Source: an uncultured Candidatus Saccharibacteria bacterium
GTDB taxonomy: Bacteria; Patescibacteriota; Saccharimonadia; Saccharimonadales; CAZVRA01
NCBI GenBank assembly: GCA_964630055.1
Contig: CAZVRA010000002.1
Span: forward strand, 207,021 to 271,020
DNA: 64,000 nt
Direction of reading: 5' to 3'
Shown here: positions 62,683 through 64,000 of the stretch, in pieces
Layout: every line of letters begins with the position of its first letter
Position numbering within the stretch: position 1 is the first letter of the stretch
Translations under genes and position numbers: made by a program
The notes under the pieces: model-generated
Seen by the model: only the letters and a program-made list of their open reading frames with translations
Told to the model about the DNA's origin: nothing
Database searches by the model: none

Positions 62683-64000
62683 TATTTGACTCCTTTTGTC
62701 TTTTTAGAAACTGTCTTTCTAGAAATTGTCTTTCTAGAAACTTCTGATTGTTTTTGGTAGGCCAGCTCTCCTCGCTTCACTGATACAGCAACTATATCAC
62801 CCTTGTCGTAAATACCACTAAGCAAACCTAGCGCAATATTGTCTTCTAGGGTGTCTTGGATCAGCCGTCTCATAGGCCGAGCACCGTTTTTTGCGTCGTA
62901 GCCTCTGTCTAAAAGCCATTGCTTAGCCGTCCGGCCGACTTTTATGCCCAGGCCTTTGCGGCGTAGTCGCTCGGCTAACTCTTCTAGTTGAAGGTCGAGT
63001 ATACTCAAAGCATCGTCGGGTGTTAAGGCTTCGAAAATTATTACCTTGTCTATGCGGTTAAGCAGCTCTGGCCGCATAACCTTTTTGAGCTCGTTTTCGA
63101 CCACCGACTTATTGCGCTCATGCAGCCGAGTCAAATCTTTTTGATCGGCAGACGATTCGACATTAAAGCCAAGCTGGGCTTCTTTTTGCAGCTTGTCGGC
63201 CCCAACATTGCTGGTCATAATGACAATTGTATTGGTAAAGTCGATGGTTCGGCCCTTGCCATCGGTTAAAACACCGTCCTCAAGCATTTGCAATAACATG
63301 TTAAAAATATCTGGATGCGCTTTTTCTATTTCGTCGAACAGCACCAAACTGTAAGGCTGGCGCCGAATCTTGTCCGTCAGTTGGCCACCATCGTCGTAGC
63401 CAATGTAGCCAGCGGGTGCACCAACCAACCTTGAACTAGTGTGCTTTTCGCTAAACTCGCTCATATCTATTTTTATGAGCGCATCTTTGCTGCCGTAGTA
63501 TTCGCGGGCTAGCACGCGAGCTAGTTCAGTTTTACCAACCCCTGTTGGCCCAAGAAAAATAAACGAACCAACCGGCCGTTTATCGCTGGCAATACCCGAA
63601 CGATTACGACGAATGGCTCCCGACACTACCTTAACGGCCTCTTTTTGACCAATTATATGCTTAGCCAGTTTATTTTCTAGATCCAGCAAGTACTTGGCCT
63701 CGGCGCGGATTACCTTTTGAACCGGCACGCCGGTAATGCGTGCCACTACTTCGGCTACGTTATCGCTAGTTAAATCAAGCTTCTTACCCCTATTTTGTTG
63801 TTGCAGCTGGCTTAGTTTTTTAATTAAACGACTGGCTTCTGTTTTTAGCTGAGCGGCTTTTTCGTAATTCTGATTATCGGCCGCTTCGTCACGACGAATA
63901 CCAAGCAACTTGATCTCTTTCTGCAAAGCTCTTGCCTCTGGCGAGGTACGGGCCTTGTCGACCCGTATATGTGCGGCGGCTTCATCAAGCAGATCTATTG
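62682..64000 (-). CDS. clpC: ATP-dependent Clp protease ATP-binding subunit (ClpC/ClpB-type), C-terminal part; gene continues beyond right edge
   Basis: UVR-like segment (QNYEKAAQLK), second AAA+ module GPTGVGKTELAR, LVLFDEIEKAH and GARPMRRLIQ. The reading frame stays open to position 64000. Confidence 0.9.
   Translation of the reverse strand, partial: IDLLDEAAAHIRVDKARTSPEARALQKEIKLLGIRRDEAADNQNYEKAAQLKTEASRLIKKLSQLQQQNRGKKLDLTSDNVAEVVARITGVPVQKVIRAEAKYLLDLENKLAKHIIGQKEAVKVVSGAIRRNRSGIASDKRPVGSFIFLGPTGVGKTELARVLAREYYGSKDALIKIDMSEFSEKHTSSRLVGAPAGYIGYDDGGQLTDKIRRQPYSLVLFDEIEKAHPDIFNMLLQMLEDGVLTDGKGRTIDFTNTIVIMTSNVGADKLQKEAQLGFNVESSADQKDLTRLHERNKSVVENELKKVMRPELLNRIDKVIIFEALTPDDALSILDLQLEELAERLRRKGLGIKVGRTAKQWLLDRGYDAKNGARPMRRLIQDTLEDNIALGLLSGIYDKGDIVAVSVKRGELAYQKQSEVSRKTISRKTVSKKTKGVK

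Noticed and set aside
1-64000. Alternative genetic code (TGA recoded, as in some CPR lineages), CRISPR arrays, rRNA genes
   Set aside because: TGA cleanly terminates dcd, the membrane cargo gene and the recombinase ORF, and conserved genes have normal lengths. I saw no repeat-spacer array and no rRNA-like sequence in the intergenic regions.

Overview
The window is almost entirely minus-strand core information-processing genes. It holds dnaX (partial), a sigma-70 factor, and rplL/rplJ. It also holds a dcd-tmk::thyX pyrimidine block, rplA-rplK-nusG-secE, and an uninterrupted S10-spc-alpha ribosomal cluster (rpsJ to rpsI). The str operon genes (rpsL, rpsG, fusA, tuf), rpoB/rpoC, plsC-like, clpP, tig and a partial clpC complete the set. 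Plus-strand exceptions are pyrF-pyrE, an alpha-glucan cluster (GT / GH57 / GH15), mazG and a few hypotheticals. Four tRNAs are present: Trp-CCA, Thr-GGT, Tyr-GTA and Thr-TGT. There is no rRNA and no CRISPR array. The genetic code is standard, since TGA terminates several clear genes. Several traits suggest a Patescibacteria/CPR genome, possibly Saccharibacteria-like, but this is inference only. These traits are no L30 between S5 and L15, no adk/map between secY and infA, Lys/Ala-rich tails on many r-proteins, and a GH57/GH15 cluster. The main accessory locus is a ~5 kb island at 20280-25244, abutting the 3' end of tRNA-Thr(GGT). It carries a large serine recombinase and a two-gene cargo: a multi-pass membrane protein and a protein with two HExxH motifs. 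It also carries two nested inverted-repeat pairs, one a perfect 242 bp pair and the other a 137 bp pair with 1 mismatch. Their three junctions all sit on the hexamer TGGAGC/GCTCCA and have attL / attR / intact-inverted-attP arm relationships. I read this as an integrative element that carries an internal inverted copy of its own attachment region, which would allow segment flipping. That reading is a hypothesis. Secondary observations: a Tmk-ThyX fusion, insertions inside the str operon and inside a conserved tRNA operon, an unusual rpsJ-rplC gap with its own promoter and leader, and a putative L10-leader attenuator.
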